A DNA stretch of 32,918 nt. Source: Rhizaria sp. SCN 62-66 (Eukaryota). Location: contig MEDY01000393.1 of assembly GCA_001724265.1 (NCBI GenBank), forward strand, positions 1 to 32,918, given 5' to 3'. How positions within the stretch are numbered: position 1 is the first letter of the stretch; every line of letters starts with the position of its first letter. A program made the position numbers and the translations under genes. Below are positions 1 through 9,908 of the stretch, piece by piece. Under the pieces are notes generated by a model that saw only the letters and a program-made list of their open reading frames with translations, did not search any database and was not told the DNA's origin.

Positions 1-954
1 CTCAACGTTGCAGTCCTTCAGCCCCGCCACGAGCACAGTCTTGTTATCGAACCGCAGCTTGGGGTGTCCCGCAGCAACTAGCGTCTTGACTCCGTTCTTC
101 TGCCCAGGCACCAGGGGAATTAGCGGGTTACGCAGCGGCATGGGCACGGGCGAGCCTCGCCAGAGAACATCGCTATAGTAGAAATCGATGAGAATCATGT
201 TGTCGTCCAGCTGCCGCTCCGACAGCCAGGTGGAGACATCTTCGTTGGCGGTCTTAATCGCTTCTTCCTATTTCACACCAGCGCCCATCAAGTTGTCGCG
301 ATGATTGTTGAACTCGTTGCGCGCATCCTCCGCAAACGCGTAGGCCAGCTTCAGCGCCTTAAAGCGGATGTGGCGCGTGGCGTTCGCGTCCATGCATACG
401 TAGTTCTGCTCCACTTCCGCGTTTTTGCTGCCGTCCACCTCGAACGCGGCCGCAGGAGTGCGCGAGCTGTTGGCGAACCAGCTGCGGATGTCCTCGCGGT
501 TCGCGCCCTCGGCATACCGTGCGCGGGCGCCGCTGACTTGCTGGGAGTCAGAGGACGTGCCTGAGGCAGCCTCAGCCTCAGTCTTAGCCTCCGCATCAGC
601 AGCAGCCTCCGCATCAGCAGCAGCCTCCGCATCAGCAGCAGCAGCCTTCTCAGCAGCAGCCTTCTCAGCAGCAGCCTCCGCCTCAGCAGCAGCAGCCTTC
701 TCAGCAGCAGCCTTCTCAGCAGCAGCCTCCGCCTAAGCAGAAGTCTTCGCCTCAGCAGCAGCCTTCGCCTCAGCAGCAGCCTTAGCCTTGGCCTTAGCAC
801 CAACCTTGGCCTGAGCCTCTGCAGCAGCCTTGGCCTCAGCCTCGATGAAGGCCGACAGCGGCTTGCGTTGGGACGGCGCGTTGAGCGGCACGTACAGCAC
901 CCAGAGCGCGAGGATGCCGATGACGCCAAACGCGACGAGGAGCTGGTCTAACAT
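1..954 (-). CDS. Putative chimeric gene, 3' end outside the window: duplicated hydrophobic N-terminus + Ala/Glu/Lys repeat + unknown globular region, with two in-frame TAG codons (recoded gene or pseudogene)
   Basis: From ATG 954-952 (MLDQLLVAFGVIGILALWVLY...) the frame runs 318 codons to the window edge. Its only stops are TAG at 735-733 and 270-268. Downstream translation is protein-like: ...REDIRSWFANSSRTPAAAFEVDGSKNAEVEQNYVCMDANATRHIRFKALKLAYAFAEDARNEFNNHRDNLMGAGVK*EEAIKTANEDVSTWLSERQLDDNMILIDFYYSDVLWRGSPVPMPLRNPLIP... Confidence 0.55.
565..840 (-). repeat. Coding imperfect tandem repeat (GCT GCT GCT GAG AAG / GCT GCT GCT GAT GCG GAG), encoding AAAEK / AAAEAK / AAADAE units
   Basis: Repeated cagcagcagccttct and cagcagcagcctccgc(a/c)t units on the + strand. 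Confidence 0.9.
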
Positions 955-1662
955 CAGAGCGATGAAGAACTGGGCGGCAGAGACAGTCACGGCGTGGGGG
1001 ACGAACGAGAAGGTGGGAAGCGAAGGTGAGAAAGGGGAGTCCAGTTAAAGGGGAGTCCAGTTTATGGTGTGAATCGGAAACGCATTTACTTTGGTAAAAT
1101 TTTTGTAATCGGCTGAGAAAATAATCGTTAAAGATAAAAATAATAAAATTAACTTGTGGCATTCATGTGACAGAGTCGATCAAGTCGCATTAGATGCAGA
1201 AATCTCGACAGAAAGAAGTGAAACGCCGACCTGGATGAGTAAGCAGCGTTCGAGATTAAAAAATGCCTCGTTTATCGCAGAATCCGTGGGTCTTCGAAGT
1301 ATGATTAAAAATACATATATTAAATCTGGTAAGACAACGTGTTTTCAGGTGTTTATACCTTTGAAACGAGCTGGTTACGAGTATACACTGATATTGACAG
1401 CTATCACCGAAGTGAACCACAAACGGATCCGTTATAGAAAGTGGGAGGAACATCCGTCAGAAGTAATTCTATGGCTAGTTGAGAGCCGCGATTGCGCTTT
1501 CTTTATTATATTGAAATTATTTGCCTCAATAACATGTGTGTGACTTGGAAAACCTGTTTTCGTCACAAGCCCTGGAGGCTACGTCCGGCTGGCTGGCCGC
1601 GCAGTGAAGACGCAGTTGCACACCGCCGCCCCGGTTCCCGCCCCGCCCTGCCCCCGCGCTGT

Positions 1663-1732
1663 CCGTCCCCGGCAGCCCGCTCGCGGCCCCTGCGCTCCCG
1701 TCCCCGGCAGCCCGCTCGCGGCCCCTGCGCTC
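1663..1732 (+). repeat. Perfect 35-nt tandem duplication (ccgtccccggcagcccgctcgcggcccctgcgctc x2)
   Basis: Units at 1663-1697 and 1698-1732. Copy B of the segmental duplication has a single unit (~5025-5059). Confidence 0.9.
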
Positions 1733-1735
1733 GAG

Positions 1736-1786
1736 ATGGGCCTCGTTTACACCTCTTTCGTGGCCTCCGTCAGCGCCATGGCCAAA
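1736..1786 (+). pseudogene. Orphan first exon of the PILS/AEC transporter (MGLVYTSFVASVSAMAK)
   Basis: Homologous to 5060-5094 but retains an upstream ATG. The GT donor present in copy B (aag|gttcgc) is missing, and no downstream PILS exons follow. Confidence 0.7.
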
Positions 1787-1964
1787 GCATTAAAGTTGCT
1801 GTCTCATTCTCCCTGCTGCATGTTGCACCACTCACGCACTTACTCGCTCACTCAGTCTTGCAGGGGCAAGGCACCTTCCCAACTCTTCCTCGTGCTTACA
1901 GTCATTTCAACAGATCCTGTCGTTTTTCTTTCCCGCCTATGAAAGAGCGTCGGTATGAAATGTC

Positions 1965-2840
1965 ATGACTGAATGGTTCTTGATACAAAGCTTGTCTAAG
2001 TCACTAGATGTGACTTTTTATTTATTGGCAGTGCTGCTGTCTGCAAGGAGACTTCACCCGAACGCAGCGTATGATATTGTTGACGCCGCATGCTTTTTTG
2101 CTTTCCCGACTGCAAGTTCCGAGCTGAGCAAACGACTTGAACCACGCCATCATCTCGCCGTCAAACGGCGGCATCTCATCGTAGGAGTGTTCGCCAGCGT
2201 CATCATCGCTCGCAACCTCGCGTGCTCGCGCGCATTCGCGCACGCGGCTTACTGGCACAGCGCCCCGCAGCAGTGCCGCAGCGCAGGGCTTAAACGCGAT
2301 GTCATAGGGAATGGCCGAGCACGAAAGCGGGGACTGCTTGCTGCGGCGACCGGGGCGGCGGCTGGGCTGACTGCCGCGGCGGCCGGGCCGACCGCCGCGG
2401 CGCTGGCGCTACTACAGTGCCGCGCGCGAGAGAGTATCCTGGCGAGCCAGCACGTAAAGAAGCTGGAGCGGCAGGTCGCGATGCACGCCGAGCTGTACAA
2501 CGCCAGGACGCGCGACCGCGTCGAGCGGACTTTTCTGATCCGGTTCGCCGCGGGCGTGCTGCCGTGCCACGCGGCGCACTTCGCCGTCGCGGCTAAGAAG
2601 TCGGCGTTGGGAAGCCACGTGCACGCGTGCTTTGCGCCTGCTCACTGCGCGACGCCGCGCACGCAGCTGCCGTTTGTCACCGTGTACTCTGGCAGCGAGG
2701 CGATTCCGTGCGTGTCGATGCCGATCTCGCTACCACTGCGGGACACGCTCTACGGCGAGTACACCGTGCGGCCGCAGGACGATGCCGCCGCGGCTACCCG
2801 CCCGGCACGGTGCTGTTTGTGCCGCGCACATGTTTCTTGA
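1965..2840 (+). CDS. Hypothetical ORF or degenerate gene fragment, start uncertain
   Basis: 291-codon open frame. Only the 3' half (~2330-2790) shows the GC3-rich codon style of the real genes (SQHVKKLERQVAMHAELYNARTRDRVERTFLIRF). No motif recognised. Confidence 0.25.
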   Translation: MTEWFLIQSLSKSLDVTFYLLAVLLSARRLHPNAAYDIVDAACFFAFPTASSELSKRLEPRHHLAVKRRHLIVGVFASVIIARNLACSRAFAHAAYWHSAPQQCRSAGLKRDVIGNGRARKRGLLAAATGAAAGLTAAAAGPTAAALALLQCRARESILASQHVKKLERQVAMHAELYNARTRDRVERTFLIRFAAGVLPCHAAHFAVAAKKSALGSHVHACFAPAHCATPRTQLPFVTVYSGSEAIPCVSMPISLPLRDTLYGEYTVRPQDDAAAATRPARCCLCRAHVS

Positions 2841-3129
2841 CACGCAACGGAAATGAATCGTTTATTATTAGAAGTAATCAATGAAATCATACGCATCACA
2901 GATCATAGAACGCGATAGCAAAATGGAAAACGCTCAGGTAGCTCAGTCAGCTGGTTGCACTAAGAGTGCAGACACAGGGCAAACCAATGAGTCAGCACGG
3001 ATCTGTGCTGAATCTGCAAGAAGCAGAGAGACCGGCAACATCAAAGAAGGTACAGAGACACAAGACAAAGACAAGGATAGAAACAAGCGAGTGTGAGTTC
3101 AAGCGGAGTCGACGGCGTCACCAAGCAGC

Positions 3130-4125
3130 TTACTCGCGCTTGGTCTTGGCGGCGGCCTTCTCACCGTAGAAGGCCGTGTAGGTGGCCACGGCGGCGGTCG
3201 CGACCACGGTCTGCAGCAGCACGAGCGACGTCAGCCCGCCGGGCAGCAGCGGCAGCCAGCGCGCGAGCGCCGCATTGGTCGAGATGCCGTCGACGACAGC
3301 AGATGCGGCGCCGGGCATCGCGGCGAGCGCGGCGGCCGAGGCGGCGGCGCGGAGCAGCTCGTGCGCGAGCAGCAGGCGCGCCACGCGGCCCGCGCGCGCA
3401 AACGCGGGCACGCTCTCGTGGCTGCAGCTGCTGGAAGCGGCGGCGGAGGCAGAGGAAGCTGCGTTGGCGCGGGGAGGCGGGCAGGGGCAGAAAAGGTAGG
3501 CGGCATAGGCGAGGCAGCCGATGTACATCACGCGGAGCGCGGCGAGCGCGGCAGCAGCAAAGAGGTCACGCTGGGAGAGCAGCGGGACCGTGTCGAAGCC
3601 CAGGACGGCGGTGGACGCCAGCGCAGACAGCCCCGCGCCCGAGCCCGCAGAAACGCCGGCGGCGGTGAGGGCCGAGAGGAGCGGGTGCGCGGGGGCGGCG
3701 GGGGCGAGTGCGGCGGGCAGCAGCACGCGCACGTAGCTCATGCCGGTCTCCACGGTCACCCAGCCGGCGGCGAAGAGTCCCAGCGCGCGGCCCGTGGCTG
3801 CGATCGGGCAGCCCTTGGGCGCGGCGGCGGCGCGCTTGGCGGCGGCCACGGCGAGCTTGTGCGAGCCCAGGGCGACGAAGGCCACAGCGGCCGCGTCGCG
3901 CGCCAGGAAGAAGAGCGCGGGCGTGAGCCAACACGACGCCGCGAGCGCCGAGGCGGCAGCGAGCTTGAGCGCGAAGGTGGAGAGCACCCAGAGCTCGCAC
4001 ACGGCTGCGCCCTCGATGAAGGCCGACAGCGGCTTGCGCGGGGACAGCGCGTTGAGCGGCACGGACAGCGCCCAGAGCGCGAGGATGCCGATGGCGCCAA
4101 ACGCGACAAGGAGCTGGTCTAACAT
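3130..4125 (-). CDS. Multi-pass membrane protein (~331 aa), weak resemblance to the TMEM147 family
   Basis: ATG 4125-4123 to TAA 3132-3130, GC3-rich, with about 7 hydrophobic segments. WVLSTFALKL and FAAGWVTVETGMS recall TMEM147 motifs (from memory, unverified). The ORF-track extension to 4317 is AT-rich and probably non-coding. Confidence 0.7.
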   Translation of the reverse strand: MLDQLLVAFGAIGILALWALSVPLNALSPRKPLSAFIEGAAVCELWVLSTFALKLAAASALAASCWLTPALFFLARDAAAVAFVALGSHKLAVAAAKRAAAAPKGCPIAATGRALGLFAAGWVTVETGMSYVRVLLPAALAPAAPAHPLLSALTAAGVSAGSGAGLSALASTAVLGFDTVPLLSQRDLFAAAALAALRVMYIGCLAYAAYLFCPCPPPRANAASSASAAASSSCSHESVPAFARAGRVARLLLAHELLRAAASAAALAAMPGAASAVVDGISTNAALARWLPLLPGGLTSLVLLQTVVATAAVATYTAFYGEKAAAKTKRE

Positions 4126-5193
4126 CAGAGCGATGAAGGACTGGGCGGCAGAGACAGTCACGGCGTGGGGGACGAACGAGAAGGTGGGAAGCGAAGGTGA
4201 AAAAGGAGAGTTCAGTTTATGGTGTGAATCAGAAACGCATTTACTTTGGTAAAATTTTTGTAATCGGCTGAGAAAATAATTGTTAAAGATAAAAATAATA
4301 AAATTAACTTGTGGCATTCATGTGACATAGTCGATCAAGTCGCATTAGATGCAGAAATCTCGACAGAAAGAAGTGAAACGCCGACCTGGATGAGTAAGCA
4401 GCGTTCGAGGTCAAAAAATGCCTCGTTTATCACAGAATCCGTGGGTCATCGAAGTATGATTAAAAATACATATATTAAATCTGGTAAGACAACGTGTTTT
4501 CAGGTGTTTATACCTTTGAAACGAGCTGGTTACGAGTAGACACTGATATTGTCAGCTGTCACCGAAGCGGACCACAAACGGATCCTCCTCCAACTCGATG
4601 CAAATGCATTATAGAAAGTGGGATGAACATCCGTCAGAAGTAATTCTATGGCTAGTTGAGAGCCGCGATTGCGCTTTCTTTATTATATTGAAATTATTCG
4701 CCTCAATAACATGTGTGTGACGTGGAAAACCTGTTTTCGTCACAAGCCCTGGAGGCTACGTCGCACGCGCTCTGTTAACGTCGGCCTTTTCGTCCCAAGA
4801 GCTCAGATAATAGCTTTATCACTCACTGCTTAGCCCGTCACTACCTCGTGCACTATTGTTTTCCTCAGCTAGTCCGCAGCTCTGCTGCCCTCAACCCTAG
4901 CACTCCGCTACCCCGCTTTGTCGCTGAAGCCCGCGCTCCCTGACATCCGGCTGGCTGGCTGCGCAGTGAAGACGCAGTTGCACACCGCCGCCCCGGTTCC
5001 CGCCCCGCCCTGCCCCCGCGCTGTCCGTCCCCGGCAGCCCGCTCGCGGCCCCTGCGCTCCCTCTTTCGTGGCCTCCGTCAGCGCCATGGCCAAGGTTCGC
5101 CTCAAACATTAAAATTGCTGTCTCATTCAAGCACTAAAGTTGCTGTCTCATTCTCCCTGCCGCATGTTGCACCACTCACGCACTCACTCGCTC
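4011..5193. repeat. Segmental duplication, copy B; spans the head-to-head promoter between the membrane-protein gene and the PILS gene
   Basis: Matches 840-1849 and contains extra blocks (~4586-4608 and ~4763-4946) that copy A lacks. Confidence 0.95.
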
Positions 5194-7875
5194 TTGCACT
5201 CGCACTCTTGCCACTTTTTGTCTGCGCCCCGCAGGTGATCGGCGTGTTCCTGGTCGGCCTGCTGGCGGCGCGCTTCCCGCGCCCGCATGGCATGTTGGCG
5301 CCGGCCTTCCTGGCGCAGATCTCGATCCTGTCCTTCAACCTGCTCTCGCCGTGCCTGCTGTGCGCGAATCTCGCCAAGCAGCTCGGGCCCGACTCGATCG
5401 CGCTGCTCTGGCCGCTTGTGCTGTGGGGCGTCGTTGTCATCGCCATCATGATGGCGTTGTCCTATTTCATCTACTCGGCCATCGGCGTCAGGGACGAGTA
5501 CAAGTACGTCGAAACATCGCACATAAACTCTTGAAACAATGCATAGTTCTGTGGCGTGCTGTGTCGACTGCTATCTGTAGCAGACATCCTTATTTTGCGT
5601 TATATGTCAAAATCCTCTCTGTACAACGTTTTCTCACTCGCATAACCTGTTGTTCTCGAACGCGCACCACAGACGCATCCTGCAGTCGGCCGCCTCGCAT
5701 ACCAACGCGATTTCCTTCCCGCTGATTATGCTGGACGCGCTGGTGGCCTCGCCATTCTTCGCAGAGGATCCCACGGCGTACGAGCGCGCGGTCGCCATCC
5801 TGTTCGTGCACGCCATCGGCTGGAACATCGTATTCTATTCCTTCACGCTGCACTACATCACCGGCTCCAAGCGCGAGGAACCGGACCAGATCCTTACCTC
5901 CGCGCCGGCGCCCGCGCCCGTGCCCGCCGCGCCCGCTGTGTCTCCCTTGCCCGCGCCCGCGCTCGGACTGGCTCCGGCGCCTGCACCAGTGCATGTTCCG
6001 GTGGTGACCACGTCTGCGCTGCAGCCGCAGCCGCTCCTCCCCGAGGGCGGCGGCCGCGCGCGCGGGGGCTCGCTCGCGCTGGTGAGCTCGCCGTCGAGCA
6101 ACACGTTTGCCGTCGAGGCCGCGCTGGCCGCCGCGCAGCACGAGGCCGCCGCCGCCGCCGCCGCCGCGGGGTCCCTCGCACTGACCGGCCCCGCCTCGGC
6201 CACGGTCGTGGTCGCGCTCGTGGCCACGGCGCCCGCGCCTGCAGCGGACACGGACAGTGCGGGCGTGCGCGCGGCGCGGCTGGCGAGCCTGCGGCAGGCG
6301 CTGTGGACCATCTTCGTGAACCCGAACATGGTGGCCATCGCGGTCAGCCTGGTCATCGCGCTGTGGCCCGCGCTCAAAAGCCAGCTCTTCACGCAGGGCA
6401 CGGTGTTGCGGCCCGCCATGCAGGTCGTCGAGTTTCTCGGCGGCGGCGCCGTCCCGCTCGGCTCGCTCGTCATGGCCGGCAACGTCGCCGAGTCGCTCAA
6501 GCGCAACTTCGGCTTCGGCGGCCCCAAGGACCCGGAGGTCGTCCGCGAGCAGCGCAGAGAGGCCCGGCAGCGCAGGCGCAAGCAGCGCCAACAGCAGCGC
6601 GAGCGCGGCAACGCCTCCAGCAGCAGCAGCAGCAATTATAACAACGATGGCACTGGGAACGGCAACGTGTTCTACGGCGCCGCAGTCGAGCTGCGGGGGC
6701 TGGGCCGACGCATCGTGAGCCGCTTCTCGAGCAGCAACAACAACGCCAACATCGATAGCGCCCACGCTGACAGCGCGGGGACTGCGGCGCCCGCGGTCGT
6801 TGTGGCCGGCGCCGCCTCTGCCTCTGCGGCTGCGGACGCTGGGCGCTACGGCCAGTTCAGGGACGAAGACGATGTCCGCGGCGACGGCAACAACAGCGCT
6901 AATAACAGCGCGAACAGCGGCAGTAACAACACTAATAGCGGCGCTGCGCGCGCTAGCGCGTCATTTGACTACGATGGCGGCAGCTTCGGCTTCAATCCCC
7001 ACACCGGCAGCATCGCCAGCGGCGGCAGCGGCGGCCCCGGCACTGAGGCGGACGTTGATGCTGCGGGCATTGCGGACTTGGGCGGGGACGACGACTATGG
7101 GGTGGGTAACGACTACGCGGACCACAACCCCTTCGGCACCGGGCTCGGCCCGCACGGCAACGCCGCTAGCCACACCACAAGTCGCAATGATGCTCACGGT
7201 GCTGCTGCGGGGCTCTATTCCGTGCCCCTCGACTCGCACTCGCTGTCGCACTCGCTGTCGCCGTCGCAGCCTCACTACGGGCGGCCGACCGCCCTCATGA
7301 CCGGCGCCGCAGCGGCCTCCGCGGCTTCCGCGCTGTCGGGCGACGACACCGAGACCGAGTCTGCGCCCAGTACCACGACCGCGGCCGCGGCCGGGCTCGT
7401 CCACCGCGGCGGCCACGGCGCCCACGGTCACTCCGCTGCCCACAGTCGGGGTGCCATCGCCCACACGCACATTGAGGTCGACGACAGCGACAGCGAAGAT
7501 GACGCCGCCGACGACGACGACGACCACACGGACAGCAGCGGCGCGCCCCGCCTGCCCGCGCCGCGCCTGCCCGCGCTCCAGATCGCCGTCGCGCTGGCGG
7601 CCAAGCTGGTGCTGGCGCCCGCGATCGCGTTCGCGCTGGTGGGGCTGTGCGCGGCGCTGGAGCTGACGACGCTGCTGCCGGCCGACCCGCTGCTGCGCGT
7701 GCTGCTGCTGCTCATCAACCTCGCGCCGTCGGCCGAGCTCGTGCTCGTCGTCGTCAATAAGTCGGGCATGCGCCGCCCCGCCATCGCCGTCTCGCTGCTG
7801 TATCTGTACCAGATGGCCGCAGTCGTCGTCACCGCCACCGTCGGACTCACGCTCGCGCTTGCGCTCTTCTACTGA
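5086..7875 (+). CDS. PIN-LIKES / auxin efflux carrier (AEC, Mem_trans) family transporter; exons 5086-5094, 5235-5503, 5673-7875
   Basis: GT-AG introns 5095-5234 and 5504-5672 join the frames (MAK|VIGVFLVGLLAARFP; EYK|RILQSAA). Motifs: LSFNLLSPCLLCANL, NAISFPLIMLDAL, FVNPNMVAIAVSLVIALWPALK, LGGGAVPLGSLVMAGN, KLVLAP, DPLLRVLLLLINLAPSA. Ends TGA. Confidence 0.85.
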
Positions 7876-7904
7876 GCAGAACGCGCTCGCGCTCTTCTAC
7901 TGAG
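7861..7904 (+). repeat. 16-nt direct repeat gcgctcttctactgag that duplicates the PILS stop codon
   Basis: Copies at 7861-7876 and 7889-7904. Confidence 0.85.
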
Positions 7905-8447
7905 AGGCGCGCTCACTGCGCACGTACGGGCTCGCTTGCGGTGACCTGCTGTGCTGCATCGTGCTGCCTTGCTTTAAGTCGCAGACAACTCACCTCGTCC
8001 GGCATTGCATCATTAGTCGCGTTGTTGTGCTTGATGGGATGTGTTGAGATATGCGACATTGATCTAATTTATTTATTCTACCATTGTCTTCAAGAAGATG
8101 ATATTGAACTATTTGTGAACCTAGTTTTGACTGTTACCTATACCAATTTCTACTGATACCCACGACGACGACAACAACGATCGTCGTGTACCACTCACCT
8201 CGCCCTGCTATTCTGAAACACAACGCATACACTCCAAATATACCCTTACTGAACGTTACTCATTGAAACTGCTTTTATCACTCGCTTCGAAGCACAATAT
8301 GTCGTTTTACGCTTAGATATGAATGAAACCTGTCACTATTGTATTAATATAATGATGTTAAGTACAACATCAAATCACATTCTGGCCAGTATGCCAATTG
8401 GTGATGTGTCGCCACCCCCACGCACTCGCATCCGCACTGATGCAAAC

Positions 8448-9525
8448 TCACTCGTCCATGCTCTTGTGTAGCGCGCGCTCCTGCCGCGCCAGCACGCGCG
8501 CGAACGTCGCCAGCATCTCAGCGTCAGCACCCGGGGCTGCATCATCAGCAGCAGCGGCAGCAGCACCTGCAGGAACAGCAGTGGCTGTGCCAGTTGCAGC
8601 GCTGCCCTGGGCCCAAGCGGGTGCGGCGACGGACATGCCGGCCAGCGCCGCGCGCACCTGCGCCAGCGCCGCCGCGTTCGCCGCCGCGCTGGCCGCCGCA
8701 GTCGCTGCAGGCGCCTTCTTAGTCGCAATCTGAGCGGTCGAAATCTTCGCAGCAGCAGTGGCAGCGGCAGCGGCAGCAAAGCCGTCATTGGCAGCATCAG
8801 CGTCGGCGTCGGCGTCGGCGGTCGCGGAGCCAGAGCCGGCGCCGGAGCCGGTGCCGGCGATGAGGATGTCGGTGGTAAGAGAGGCCAGCGTCTCGGCGTC
8901 GTACGCCGCAAGTGCGCGTGCGCGGGACGCCGCCGCGGGGCCCTCGTCGTCGCCGCTCGAGTCCTCCTCGTTCTCGGCGTCGCCGTCGCCATCGGCGCTG
9001 GTCACGGTGAAGCCCGACGCCGCCGCCGGGGCGGGCGCAGCGGTGTCGTTGCCGTCGACGTCATCGTCGAAGGAAGCAGGGAAGAAGGCGTCGCTCTTGG
9101 CGGCGGCGGCGCGCTCCGAGGCAAAGGCGGCGGCCTAGTCGCGGAGGTTCTCGCGCACGGTCGGCGCCGAGGGGTCCATCTCGTGCTGTATGATCTCCGC
9201 GTACTCGCCCTCCAGCGCGTCCTGGGAGGCGCGGCGCGGGCAGATAGCGAAGAGTGACAACAACAGCAGACACAGGAGGGGGAGTGCGGAGTGAGCTGAA
9301 GCGGGGCAGGAACGAGATATCAAGCTTAGGCGCACGTTGGGTGGATAGAACAACAAAAGATAGGTGCATACAAAAACGTACCAGACGGCGCAGAAGCATG
9401 CGCTCGAGGAAGGCAGCCTGGAAGTCGGCGTTTACACCGCTGCCGCCGTCAGCCGCAGTGACTTGGGAGGTGACCGGCGCGGCGGCCTGGGCAGGGTTCG
9501 TTTCAGGAGTTTTCTGATCAGACAT
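8448..9525 (-). CDS. Acidic/Ala-rich protein with a possible MEA1-like C-terminal motif; exons 9525-9382 and 9221-8448; in-frame TAG at 9137-9135
   Basis: ATG at 9525, phase-0 intron gtacgt...cgcctcccag (9381-9222). Exon 2 reads DALEGEYAEIIQHEMDPSAPTVRENLRD*AAAFASER... and stays open to TGA at 8450-8448. AQVRAALAGMSVAAPAWA recalls the MEA1 motif (from memory). The TGA overlaps a possible gtgagt donor, so the 3' end is uncertain. Confidence 0.65.
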
Positions 9526-9908
9526 TAAATAGATACTAAAACTGTACTGGTTCGCGAGAAGAGCCCCTTGTTCTGGTTACAAAGAGAGGTATCCACGCGC
9601 AAGCCACGCGCAAGTTCGCGAAGAACGACTTGTGGTGGGCGTGCCTTGCTGACGTGGGGACGAGAAAGAATAGAAATAGTATGCTCAGAGTCAGAACATC
9701 ACTGTCTTGATTTCGAATTTAATATTTAAGCTTTTTAAGTTAACTTCAGTACTTCCTTTAAAAAATACTGCGTCATACGGAAGAATAGACCGATTTCGAA
9801 TTCACATTCAATTTCCACCACGTGAGGTCTTAAAGTCCGTACCAATTGCATTTCACTCTGCCTCACCCTCGCAACTCTTTGCAAACCCATATGTTCTTGA
9901 TTCCACAG

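Larger units (their letters stand above)
840..1849. repeat. Segmental duplication, copy A (paralogous to 4011-5193)
   Basis: Near-identical colinear sequence from cctcgatgaaggccgacagcggcttgcg to ccactcacgcact(t/c)actcgctc, with scattered substitutions and several indels. Confidence 0.95.

Noticed and set aside
1154-1543. Duplicated small ORFs in the AT-rich spacer (1154-1543 and 4309-4539)
   Set aside because: They have non-ATG starts and a codon style unlike real genes, and the frame is not preserved between copies because of a stop and indels. Promoter/intergenic DNA is more likely.
840-5193. Two ~1 kb direct repeats as LTRs of a retroelement
   Set aside because: There are no TG...CA ends, primer-binding site or gag/pol between them, and the repeats contain 5' ends of host genes.
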